Below are positions 51,568 to 60,676 of a stretch of DNA of 64,000 nt, piece by piece (the first letter of the stretch is position 1; the number at the start of each line of letters is the position of its first letter). The DNA is from an uncultured Verrucomicrobiae bacterium (lineage in GTDB: Bacteria > Verrucomicrobiota > Verrucomicrobiia > Chthoniobacterales > JAFAMB01): contig CAWEXO010000013.1 in NCBI GenBank assembly GCA_963813025.1, positions 672,001 to 736,000 of the forward strand, in the 5' to 3' direction. Below the pieces are notes generated by a model. The model was not told the origin of the DNA and ran no database searches. It saw only the letters and a program-made list of their open reading frames with translations. Position numbers and translations under genes: made by a program.

Positions 51568-52152
51568 ATGCCACGGGTCGGGATTGTCATACTCGCGGCA
51601 GGAGGGTCCCAGCGTCTGGGTCAGCCCAAGCAACTTTTGACGATTGGCCAGGAACCATTGTTGCGCCGGATCACTCGCGCGGCCTGCGCTTCCTCTGCCG
51701 ATTCGGTATCAGTAGTGCTCGGATCGTCTGCTGAGGCGTGCCGCCAGGCTTTGACAGATCTGCGCGTGAGCGTGTCGTTGAATCCGGCGTGGAGCACCGG
51801 TATGGCTTCATCGCTCAAGCGCGGAGTTGCCGAAATTGCCTCTCTGGGGTTCGAAGGGGTGCTGATCGTCACGGTCGACCAGGTTGCCCTCACCGCTGCC
51901 GTTCTCGAACAGTTTCTCCAGAGATTCACGGGAGATCCTGATGCTGTAATTGCGGCGCGTTATGATGGCGTCGTTGGTGTGCCTATCCTGTTCGGTCGCC
52001 GTTGGTTCGAGCCGCTCCAATTATTGTCCGGCGATGTGGGAGCACGCGTCCTCGCGCGTTCGGCTCGAAAAGTCGAGATGATCGACTGGCCAGACGGATC
52101 GCTGGATATCGATCGACCAGAAGACCTCGCACGGTTGGCTGCGGTCAGCTAA
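51568..52152 (+). CDS. mocA: Molybdenum cofactor cytidylyltransferase-like protein
   Basis: LAAGGSQRLGQPKQLL, GDVGAR, DIDRPED. Confidence 0.85.
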   Translation: MPRVGIVILAAGGSQRLGQPKQLLTIGQEPLLRRITRAACASSADSVSVVLGSSAEACRQALTDLRVSVSLNPAWSTGMASSLKRGVAEIASLGFEGVLIVTVDQVALTAAVLEQFLQRFTGDPDAVIAARYDGVVGVPILFGRRWFEPLQLLSGDVGARVLARSARKVEMIDWPDGSLDIDRPEDLARLAAVS

Positions 52153-52487
52153 TCAGATCTCCCTGGGCGTGTCGAACTGCCGATTGATCCAGGGCGACGA
52201 GCGCCTTGATTGGCGGGTCGTCGATCGGCTTGGGATCCCGAAGATTGCCGAAGGAATTTGGCATGAGGCATTTCGCCCGGACCGGGTTTACGGACCTCGA
52301 TATCCGCGCCGCGCCTTTTGATGAGTTTGGCCGCGATTGAGAAACACATCGTGCGATATTCATTGGCCTCGTCATCAATCAGGAACAGTTTGCATCCGCG
52401 CAGATCCCGTCGGCCTTTTTTAGGAGCAGGCACTCCGAGGTCACTGAGCATTGATTCAGCATGGATTTGTGCGCGCTTCCAGGACAT
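52149..52487 (-). CDS. Hypothetical protein, 3' part possibly frameshifted
   Basis: Protein-like N-terminal part only; no recognised family. Confidence 0.4.
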   Translation of the reverse strand: MSWKRAQIHAESMLSDLGVPAPKKGRRDLRGCKLFLIDDEANEYRTMCFSIAAKLIKRRGADIEVRKPGPGEMPHAKFLRQSSGSQADRRPANQGARRPGSIGSSTRPGRSD

Positions 52488-52662
52488 ACGAGTGAGGGGG
52501 CAAACAGTAGAAGGTAGGAAGGCAGAAGTCCAGGAGTTCGGGAGTTGAAGTGGTAAGACACACCGTCTCGTTGCGTCCGCTGCCAGATATGGACGTGGTC
52601 GGCGGCAACGATTTACTGGTTGGCCGGATCCGAGTTTGTCTTCCCTCTGGACCCGTGAACCC

Positions 52663-53466
52663 TTAGCCGCCGGCCACCGCCTTCCGATACTCCTGGAGTG
52701 CGGCAGGCATCAGCTGTTCGAGCTGGCTGATGCGAGTTTCGTCGGCCGGATGGGTCGACATGAGTTCGGGTGGTTTGCGGCTTTGGCTGGCCTGCATCAT
52801 CCGGCGCCAGAAGGCGATCGCTTCACGTGGGTCGTAACCTGCTCTGGCCATATAGCTCAAACCGATCCGATCCGCCTCGAGTTCATGCTGGCGGCTAAAT
52901 GGGAGCAGGACACCGTACTGGACCCCGGCTCCAAGTAAACCCAGGAGCTGGCGGCGGGCCTGATAGTCCATATCGGCCGTCGAGCCCTGGATTCCCATCA
53001 TCGCGATCTGGAGAGCATGCTGCTGGAAAACGCGCTGCGCGCCGTGCCGCGATGTCGCGTGCGCTATCTCATGGCCGAGAACGGTGGCCAAGCCTGCCTC
53101 ACTTTGCGCGACTGGCAAAATGCCCGTGTAGACAACGATTTTTCCACCCGGAAGGCAAAAAGCATTCTGTGCCGGATTTTCGATGACAGCGGCCTGCCAC
53201 TGGTAGCCCTGGGTGTTCGTATTAACTACCCGGACGAGACGGCCGGCCACTCTTTGCACCAGATCATAGGCAGGTCCAGAGGTAACCAGACTTGAGTGGC
53301 TGACGACATCCTGAAAGCTTTGTAAACCAAGGCTTTGCTCTTGCTGCGGCGATAGTCCGACGTGGCTGCGCCGGCCCGTCTCCGGGTTCGTAAACGTTGG
53401 TGAGCTGAGATAGACCCAGCCCAAAGCGATGGCCGCGAAAGCAAGAGGGATCAGTCGGACGCGCAT
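52663..53466 (-). CDS. M48 family zinc metallopeptidase
   Basis: NAFCLPGG, HEIAH, ELEAD, STHP. Confidence 0.92.
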   Translation of the reverse strand: MRVRLIPLAFAAIALGWVYLSSPTFTNPETGRRSHVGLSPQQEQSLGLQSFQDVVSHSSLVTSGPAYDLVQRVAGRLVRVVNTNTQGYQWQAAVIENPAQNAFCLPGGKIVVYTGILPVAQSEAGLATVLGHEIAHATSRHGAQRVFQQHALQIAMMGIQGSTADMDYQARRQLLGLLGAGVQYGVLLPFSRQHELEADRIGLSYMARAGYDPREAIAFWRRMMQASQSRKPPELMSTHPADETRISQLEQLMPAALQEYRKAVAGG

Positions 53467-53723
53467 AAGGGCACCGAAAATAATGAATTTCGTGTGCAAG
53501 AATGACAATCCCGGAACGTTCAGACAGAGTCACATTCCTTGAACCCAGCCGGCTGTTTCTACCGCTTGTTTTTTCATTGTGTCAGGCTGCTTTCGATTCG
53601 ACAGCCTGACGACACCCATGGCAGCTGCCGGTGATGGACCAGCGAGTACTGCGTAACAACCTCGAAAATTTCGCCCTAGCGGCACGGGTCCGTGCTCTTT
53701 GGTAGCGCGGAACTTGTCAACTC

Positions 53724-54830
53724 CTAGCCGGCTGGTGCGGCTGCCACTGCGGACTTCACGCCGCTTTTTCTGCGTGAAAACCAGTCAAAGAACCAAGCAG
53801 CCAGGAAAACGCTCGCGAGTTGGGCGCAAACCAGCCAGGTCGAGAGCAAATCAACATCCTGAACCGTGCTCAGCCAGCCCAGCATCAATAATGACAAGCA
53901 AATCTCTGTCGAGAACACAGGTAACATGTGCTGACCAACCAGGCCCAGTGGGCGCAAAGGGTTGGCCCAGCGTGTGATCATGGGGAGCAGTTTGGAAGCA
54001 AACCAGGCCACCACGAAGAAGTTCAACACGCGCAACGGACCAAGATGCCATTTGTCGAAAAACCAGAACTCCTTGCCCGGATCGAAATTGAGATAGATCG
54101 AAATCCATCGCCAGACGAGAAACCCGGTCGCCAGCGCAAGGAGGACTACCTCGGACCAGATGCCGACCCGCAACACGGGGCGTTTTTCCTGAAGCGAACG
54201 GCCAAAAATCAGACCTCCTATCCAGAGCAACTGCCACGAAAGAATATCGAAAGGTCCAAAATTGACATAGGGAATCCCGCTAATCGTCGAGAGAAGAAAG
54301 TCACGCAACCTGAACTGCGAGACGACCCAGACCAGCACGCTGGTCAGGAATACCGTTTTCCAGCCCCACTTCTTTGCGGCCCAAAATGCGAGCGGCGTGA
54401 GTAAAGAAAAAACAATGTACATCGGCAGGATGTCCAGCAAGGGCGGTTGAAAAGCGAGCGCCAAGGAAGCGAAAGTCGCGGTACGCGGGTTCTTCAGGAA
54501 AGGATTGAGGATGTTTTGGATGCCGGGAACCTCAGACAGGAAAAATCCGGCAACGAAGAAAGCAAAAACGATCGTACACAAATGGGCGCGATAGATTCGC
54601 ATAGCGCGGCCAACCGTAGCAGAACGGGCCGCGGCAAACCCCGACCTTTCGGCGCGTCTCTGAAAGAGCAGTCCGGCCAAGAAGGCGGCGACAAAGACAA
54701 AACTCTCGGCGGTGGAAAAGAAACCGATTGGTTGATCAGTCAGCACGCGGAGACGGGAAGGCGAATGGTTGACGACCATGAGCAGCAGCAAAAATCCTCG
54801 CAGAATATCAAGCTCGATCAGTCTATTCAT
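53724..54830 (-). CDS. OpgC domain membrane protein
   Basis: LDILRG, AESFVF, DILPMY, WQLL, DKWHLGPLR. Confidence 0.85.
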   Translation of the reverse strand: MNRLIELDILRGFLLLLMVVNHSPSRLRVLTDQPIGFFSTAESFVFVAAFLAGLLFQRRAERSGFAAARSATVGRAMRIYRAHLCTIVFAFFVAGFFLSEVPGIQNILNPFLKNPRTATFASLALAFQPPLLDILPMYIVFSLLTPLAFWAAKKWGWKTVFLTSVLVWVVSQFRLRDFLLSTISGIPYVNFGPFDILSWQLLWIGGLIFGRSLQEKRPVLRVGIWSEVVLLALATGFLVWRWISIYLNFDPGKEFWFFDKWHLGPLRVLNFFVVAWFASKLLPMITRWANPLRPLGLVGQHMLPVFSTEICLSLLMLGWLSTVQDVDLLSTWLVCAQLASVFLAAWFFDWFSRRKSGVKSAVAAAPAG

Positions 54831-55046
54831 TCGATTTTTGCAATCTATAGGGCAATTTCCGTGCCGAGTGTGACGAATACCAACGTTACTCGGTTACACG
54901 AGCGGAGTCTTGCAGACCGTGCAGGATCGACGCGAGGTGAATCGTGCCAAATTCGGTAACGATGTTGGAATTTGCAAGACCGGACATCTGCCCGCAGGAA
55001 AGCCCCCATGTGAAGGTTAAACTGCGAAGTCGTCAAACAGTTTCGG

Positions 55047-55748
55047 TCATCGATGCGCTGTCATCCCATGCGGGAATTCAGTCCGAAGGAAGCCGCCTAT
55101 GTCTTTCCGCATGATCTGATAGCCGGCCGGGCTGAGATGAATCTGGTCGGCTGCAAAGAGCGAGGGATCAGGCTTTTTGTCCACGCCGAGCATGGCTGAA
55201 CAGACGTCGATGAACTCGCAGTCCGGTTTCTTGTCAAGAAAGCTATCTACTAAGTCGTTGAAGCGCAGGATGTTGCTTAAATACTTAAATCGAGCCGGGC
55301 TCGGCTTCACCGAGACGAAGGCGATCGGCGTCTCAGGCAGATCCGTTCGGAGAAGCGTGAAAAGCCGCTGAAATAAGTCAAAGACCTTCTCCGGCGCCGT
55401 CCCCACGGCGAGGTCATTGTCCCCCGCGTAGATTACCACTGCCGAGGGCTTGAGCGGCAGAACCAGCAAGGGGGCAAACTTGACACAGTCGGTCAAGCGG
55501 GAGCCTCCAAAGCCGCAGTTAAGGACGGTGTAGCCAGGGAAATCTTGTTGGAGCGTTTTCCAGAGGCGAATGGATGAACTGCCATAAAAGATGATTGGAT
55601 CGCGCGGGCAACCGCTCAGTTTTGCTTGGAGCGCTTTCACCTCGTTGTCAAAAGCACTGATTGGGGTCGCCTGAGCAACCGCCCGAGCCGTGCTCAGAGC
55701 GGCGATGCCAAGTACCAAAGAAAGAAATTTTGAGTTGAAGCCGAGCAT
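55047..55748 (-). CDS. Secreted SGNH/GDSL hydrolase
   Basis: GSSS, GFGGS, YAGDND, DQIH; signal peptide. Confidence 0.88.
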   Translation of the reverse strand: MLGFNSKFLSLVLGIAALSTARAVAQATPISAFDNEVKALQAKLSGCPRDPIIFYGSSSIRLWKTLQQDFPGYTVLNCGFGGSRLTDCVKFAPLLVLPLKPSAVVIYAGDNDLAVGTAPEKVFDLFQRLFTLLRTDLPETPIAFVSVKPSPARFKYLSNILRFNDLVDSFLDKKPDCEFIDVCSAMLGVDKKPDPSLFAADQIHLSPAGYQIMRKDIGGFLRTEFPHGMTAHR

Positions 55749-55930
55749 CGCTAATTGTGTGGGAGAAAGAAGTCCAGCCTACCTTGTCTGCGTCCGCTCT
55801 TCAACCCTCTGGTGTCAGCTATCTTTCGCACCGGCTATCCAGTTCGCGCGCAATTCGGGCAACCGGCGGAATCTTCTGCAACCGCTCCGGGCTTGCCCGT
55901 TGCCCGTGTAATACTGTAGAACTGACGGGT

Positions 55931-56455
55931 ATGAGCCTTTTCCAAGCGATTCTCGATTCTGTGGAAAACCCAAATCACGCCGGAACCCAACAGGATCTGC
56001 ACGGCTTGGTGAACTTGGCCCAATACCTCCCGGGTGGAGGGAATGCGCAAGCCATTCAGCCGATTCTGTCGGTCCTTGGCTCCCATGTACAGACCGCACT
56101 CAGCCAGCAACAACAAAACCAGGGCAGCGCCGCAGCCCAACAAACTGTATCCGACCTTTCTCATCCAGGTGTTGGAGTACAGGATCTCGAAAATCTCTTT
56201 GGCCAATCAGGCTTCAATAGCTTGATCGGCGAGCTTTCGCGTCGGACCGGGCTGAACTCGCAACTGATCATGACCTTTCTGCCAATGGCCATACCCGTGG
56301 TGATGAAACTGCTGGCCGCGGGCACTCACCAAACAGATGCCCAGGCGCCCAACCCCGTTCTTAATGGTTTTATTGGATCCAACCAAAATGGGGGTGCCCT
56401 CCTGACGGAAGCCTTCCAATTGGCCTCTCAGTTCCTGGCTCGAAAACCCGCTTGA
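55931..56455 (+). CDS. DUF937-like protein
   Basis: MSLFQAILDSVENPN.. and ..NPVLNGF; helical and Gln-rich. Confidence 0.6.
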   Translation: MSLFQAILDSVENPNHAGTQQDLHGLVNLAQYLPGGGNAQAIQPILSVLGSHVQTALSQQQQNQGSAAAQQTVSDLSHPGVGVQDLENLFGQSGFNSLIGELSRRTGLNSQLIMTFLPMAIPVVMKLLAAGTHQTDAQAPNPVLNGFIGSNQNGGALLTEAFQLASQFLARKPA

Positions 56456-56480
56456 GGTCGGCAACTGCCCACGCTCGCTC

Positions 56481-56696
56481 TCAGTGCTCGTGGTGGTGAT
56501 GTGAATCGTCGTGCACGTGTTCGTGCGCATGAGACTTCTCCGGGTGGTGATGCTCGTGCGTGTGTCTTACACGTGGGTCCGCAGGTTCCTCACCTGTTGG
56601 GTGCGAATGCTGATGGTGAGGATCGTCGTGCGAATGCGGATGGGAATGAGTTTCTTCCGGGTGGGTGTGCGGGTGCGTATGGGATCGTTCGACCAT
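56481..56696 (-). CDS. Small His-rich protein (26 of 71 residues His)
   Basis: HxH repeats throughout; fills the intergenic gap. Confidence 0.65.
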   Translation of the reverse strand: MVERSHTHPHTHPEETHSHPHSHDDPHHQHSHPTGEEPADPRVRHTHEHHHPEKSHAHEHVHDDSHHHHEH

Positions 56697-56835
56697 AGCA
56701 AAAATTTGTGTCGTTTGCGCGGGTCCGTCCAACGGGAGTTCAATCCTTCTGATACCTTTGAGTTTGCTCGACGAATTTCGCTGTAACAGATTTTCGGACT
56801 AGACTGCAACCAACTCGCCGGCTCCTCGAGCGACT

Positions 56836-57897
56836 ATGAACGTACGTTCCGTGCCAGCACATACCGAAGCAACAACGGGAGCAATCGACATCGAAAGCGA
56901 GTCCGAGTTATTCCAATACCTGCGTGCGACCGATCGAATCAACCGCGAGGAAATTCCGGCCGTGCAGATCCTGCGCGGGGGCGTGTCGAACAAAACTGTT
57001 CTGGTCACTCGCCCCAGCGGTGAGCGTTGGGTGTTGAAGCAAGCTTTGCCGAAGTTACGCGTGGCCAGCGATTGGTTCAGCGATCCGGCTCGTATCCACG
57101 TAGAGGCGGAAGGCTTGCGCTACCTTCCCCGAGTGGCGCTTCCCAAGAGCATCCCGACGCTCGTCTTTGAGGATCTCTCACAGCACCTGCTAGCGATGGA
57201 GGCCGCACCCGAACCTCATCAGAACTGGAAAGAGCAACTGCTCAAGGGAGCGATTGATGCTTCGCTGGTCCGACAGTTTGGAAAACTCTTGTCGACAATT
57301 CACGGCAGAAGCTTTGAACAACGTGACGAACTGGAGAAGGTCTTTCGTGATCGCTCCTTTTTCGAAACGCTACGGCTGGAACCATATTACCTTTTCACGG
57401 CCACGGTTGTGCCGGAAGCGAAGATGTTTTTGGAGCATTTGGTGAATGAGACTCGAGCGCAGAGCCTGACTTTGGTGCACGGCGATTACAGTCCGAAGAA
57501 TCTTTTGGTCCATGATGGCAAATTCATTTTGCTCGATCACGAAGTTGCCCACTTCGGAGATCCGGCCTTCGACTTCGGTTTCAGCTTGACTCACCTGCTG
57601 AGCAAAGCCCTGCACTTTTTAGAACGGCGATCAGCGTTTTTAGAGGCTGCAGCTCATTATTGGCGGTCCTATCGCCTCGAAGTCGAAACGGCTCCGTGGT
57701 TTGCCGGAACCGAGCAACGTGTGATCCGGCATACCATCGCTTGTGTCCTCGCCCGAGTAGGCGGGCGTTCACCTCTGGAGTATCTCTCCGCGTCCGAACG
57801 CAGCCTTCAGCGGTCTGTCGCTCTGGATCTGATCGAGCAGGTTCCAGCCACAGTGCCTGACCTTATCGCGTCTTTCGGACGCCGCATCGCCTCATGA
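56836..57897 (+). CDS. APH/choline-kinase-fold phosphotransferase (MtnK-like)
   Basis: GGVSN, VLKQA, HGDYSPKN, DHE, GDPAFD. Confidence 0.85.
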   Translation: MNVRSVPAHTEATTGAIDIESESELFQYLRATDRINREEIPAVQILRGGVSNKTVLVTRPSGERWVLKQALPKLRVASDWFSDPARIHVEAEGLRYLPRVALPKSIPTLVFEDLSQHLLAMEAAPEPHQNWKEQLLKGAIDASLVRQFGKLLSTIHGRSFEQRDELEKVFRDRSFFETLRLEPYYLFTATVVPEAKMFLEHLVNETRAQSLTLVHGDYSPKNLLVHDGKFILLDHEVAHFGDPAFDFGFSLTHLLSKALHFLERRSAFLEAAAHYWRSYRLEVETAPWFAGTEQRVIRHTIACVLARVGGRSPLEYLSASERSLQRSVALDLIEQVPATVPDLIASFGRRIAS

Positions 57898-59249
57898 CAA
57901 TCAAAGAACTGGACGCCTGGGAAGTTCTCGATAGCCGGGGTCGTCCAACGCTGGCCGCACGGATGATCACCGAGAACGGCGTTGGCGCATCGGTCTCAAT
58001 TCCTTCGGGTGCTTCGACTGGACAGGCAGAGGCCAAGGAACTGCGTGACGGCGGTTGTCGTTTCGGGGGATTCGGTTGTCAGCAAGCGGTTGCAAACGTA
58101 CGAAGCGTCATTTGCGAGGCATTGGTGGGCCGAGCGTTCGAAGACCAAGAGACTCTGGATCGTCTTCTGATACAACTTGACGGTTCGCCGGATAAATCCC
58201 GGCTGGGTGCAAATGCCATTTTGGCTGTTTCGCTCGTTTTTGCTCGAACGATGGCAGCGCACCGGCGGATTACCTTGTTCGATCACTTTTCCTCGCTTCT
58301 GCCGAATGCTTCACTTCGGTTACCGAAATTAACAATCAACCTCTTCAGCGGTGGTATACACGCTTTTGGGCAAGTCGGTATCCAGGACGTGCTGCTGGTT
58401 CCCTCGTCTGAGGACACCATCGCGGATCAGCTGGCCAAGGCTTATGCAATATACCAAACCGCGGCCGCGATCGCCGCGAAACGTTACCAATCCCGCCCAC
58501 TGACCGCCGCCGAAGGCGGCTTGGCCCCGCCTTTCGAGAATAGCGCCATCATGCTCGAAACTGCGGCGGAGGCAATTCAGGCGGCCGGCTTCGAATTAGG
58601 GCGGGAGATGTCGCTGGCGATTGATGTTGCCGCAAGCCATTTCCGAGGACCCACCGGCGATTACCATCTGGATGGGCGGAAGTTGGGTCCGATGGAGATG
58701 ATCGGAATGTTAAAAGGATGGAGCAAAGCTTACCGACTCGCTAGCGTCGAAGACGGGCTGGGGGAAGAGGACTGGGCCCATTGGCCGGCTCTTTGCCAGA
58801 AGCTCGGTCCGAGGTCGCTCACGTTGGCCGACGATCTGACCTGCACAAACCCAATCCGAATCAGGCGTGCGATCGAGGCGAGCGCGGCAAATGCGCTCCT
58901 GCTGAAAGTGAATCAAATTGGGACACTTTCTGAAGCGAGGGAAGCCTGTCTGCTCGCCCGTTCCGCCGGTTGGAAAGTGTCCGTAAGCGCTCGGAGCGGT
59001 GAAACAGAAGACACTTGGCTGGCGGACTTAGCGGTCGGTTGGGCGGGAGATTTTTTGAAAGTTGGCTCGATCACGCAGTCCGAGCGTTTGGCGAAGTACA
59101 ACCGTTTGATCGAAATCGAGCGCGGGTGGGCCAAAGTAGAACCTGGAGTCATTGAACGGCCAAGAAGTCCTGAACAAAATTCAGCGCGCTTGGGAAGCGG
59201 CGACCAACCCCACGGTTACTACAGGTATTTACGAGACACTACACGCTGA
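57894..59249 (+). CDS. Divergent enolase paralogue
   Basis: LDSRGRPT, PSGASTG, LGANAIL, LLKVNQIG, ERLAKYN; several active-site substitutions; ATGA overlap with the kinase. Confidence 0.88.
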   Translation: MTIKELDAWEVLDSRGRPTLAARMITENGVGASVSIPSGASTGQAEAKELRDGGCRFGGFGCQQAVANVRSVICEALVGRAFEDQETLDRLLIQLDGSPDKSRLGANAILAVSLVFARTMAAHRRITLFDHFSSLLPNASLRLPKLTINLFSGGIHAFGQVGIQDVLLVPSSEDTIADQLAKAYAIYQTAAAIAAKRYQSRPLTAAEGGLAPPFENSAIMLETAAEAIQAAGFELGREMSLAIDVAASHFRGPTGDYHLDGRKLGPMEMIGMLKGWSKAYRLASVEDGLGEEDWAHWPALCQKLGPRSLTLADDLTCTNPIRIRRAIEASAANALLLKVNQIGTLSEAREACLLARSAGWKVSVSARSGETEDTWLADLAVGWAGDFLKVGSITQSERLAKYNRLIEIERGWAKVEPGVIERPRSPEQNSARLGSGDQPHGYYRYLRDTTR

Positions 59250-59295
59250 TTGTGGAACTGTTGATCGCTCCTCGTCGGTTCCTAATTAGCTAACC

Positions 59296-59379
59296 GGAGG
59301 GATGGTAGAGCGGTTATTGCACCGGTCTTGAAAACCGGAGACCCGCAAGGGTCCGTGGGTTCGAATCCCACTCCCTCCG
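59296..59379 (+). tRNA. tRNA-Ser(UGA)
   Basis: GGAGGGA/TCCCTCC acceptor stem, anticodon TGA at 59329-59331, long variable arm, GGTTCGAATCC; CCA not encoded. Confidence 0.95.
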
Positions 59380-59387
59380 CTAGCGCG

Positions 59388-59654
59388 CTAAAAACCGCTT
59401 TGGTTACTCCCGCCCTGCGAATCAGGTGCGCCGGAAAATCCACGCCCTCTTCGAGGCGAAGCGCTCCCGGCAGGTTCGGTAGAGCTGCCGGGACGTGCAC
59501 CATATTCGGCGAACGCCGTCTTCGGATCCGTTGTTCCTGTCTTAGAAGCGCCGGTTCCTCCGTTTTGGCATCCGGCCAGAAAGGCTATTAACCCGAGGGC
59601 GAGCGATCCAATCACCCATCGAGATTCTCTTCGCCCCAGAAACAGTTGACGCAT
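59388..59654 (-). CDS. Small putative lipoprotein
   Basis: Basic N-terminus, hydrophobic stretch, LAGC lipobox, low-complexity tail. Confidence 0.5.
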   Translation of the reverse strand: MRQLFLGRRESRWVIGSLALGLIAFLAGCQNGGTGASKTGTTDPKTAFAEYGARPGSSTEPAGSASPRRGRGFSGAPDSQGGSNQSGF

Positions 59655-59710
59655 GAATTGGTGATGTAAAACCCGATTTGGGCAGTTGTGCTTCGCGCTT
59701 TCGCCCACTA

Positions 59711-60263
59711 CTACTGGCCGAGATGCGCCAGGGCGTTGCGCAGGGGAGCGCTGGAAATCTGCATCAATCCCTGGAAGGGCGTGTACATCTCCAATATCAA
59801 GAAGATCGCCCCTGAGACCGATAGCGCGCAGACAAATAGGGTGGCAATAGCGGTTGCATTGCGGGGTGCGAAGAGGCCGAAGCTGCTGAAAATAATGGCG
59901 GTCCACAAGACGAGCACCACCAGGAGCGGCATGGAAATGAAGCTGCTTGCTTGTTCGAACATGAGCCAACGCATTTTTCCGAGATCAATCGCCATATTTG
60001 ATGCCTGGGCCTGGAGCGAGCGTTGGATGTCGTTTTTCGGGGGGAGTTCCTGAATTTTATCAAAGAGAATTTCACCCCCCGCTGCGGTCGGCTCCATTTG
60101 GGGATGTTGCTGAGGATCTTTCGGCCAAAGTGCATCGATCGTGCGGACAACGGCGGTGTGCAACAGATCACGCACTTCCTTTGTCTCTGGCCCGTAATGA
60201 GCCAGGACGCGGTCAAGTAGGACGACCTTGGCGGACGATCAAGCGGATGGCCATAGAATTCAT
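59711..60263 (-). pseudogene. DUF4239-like membrane protein gene with an internal deletion
   Basis: GGAGGAG + MNSMAIRLIV, then an out-of-frame jump to SAKVVLLDRVLAHYGPET..FGLFAPRN..LILEMYTPF. Confidence 0.7.
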
Positions 60264-60676
60264 GATCGCCGCTCCTCCAGAGGCACGGGCCGGGTCCGAC
60301 AAGTTGGGGAGGCTTGCCGCAGCCGTCCCTCGTTGTCCATGACCACAATCAGCAGGGCTACCGCCATTTACTCAGGTAAGTTGCCCAAACCCGAAGAGCG
60401 ATTCTATGGGACCTTAGTCCAATAAGCTGTCTCGAAGAGCAACGGCATCGTGGCAATGCCAACAGTCCTTCCCGAAGACGGCTCGAGAAAGCCGGCGCGC
60501 GGTCAGTGAAACAAAGAAGTTAGCTCAGCGCCACGGCCGTCTCTATTGGACCTTGGGCCCATAGGGAAACGAATATCAGCAGTACCCATGACTAACTAAT
60601 CGTGCTCGGGGGCAGCGGTCGATTTCGATGGGTTGGAACGGCTTGCAGCGTTTCGCTCGATACTGGCTGAGAAACA

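Noticed and set aside
53581..53610. gtcaggctg..cagcctgac hairpin as a Rho-independent terminator
   Set aside because: No U-tract follows on the strand of the flanking genes; it may be a small repeat, but this is unsupported.
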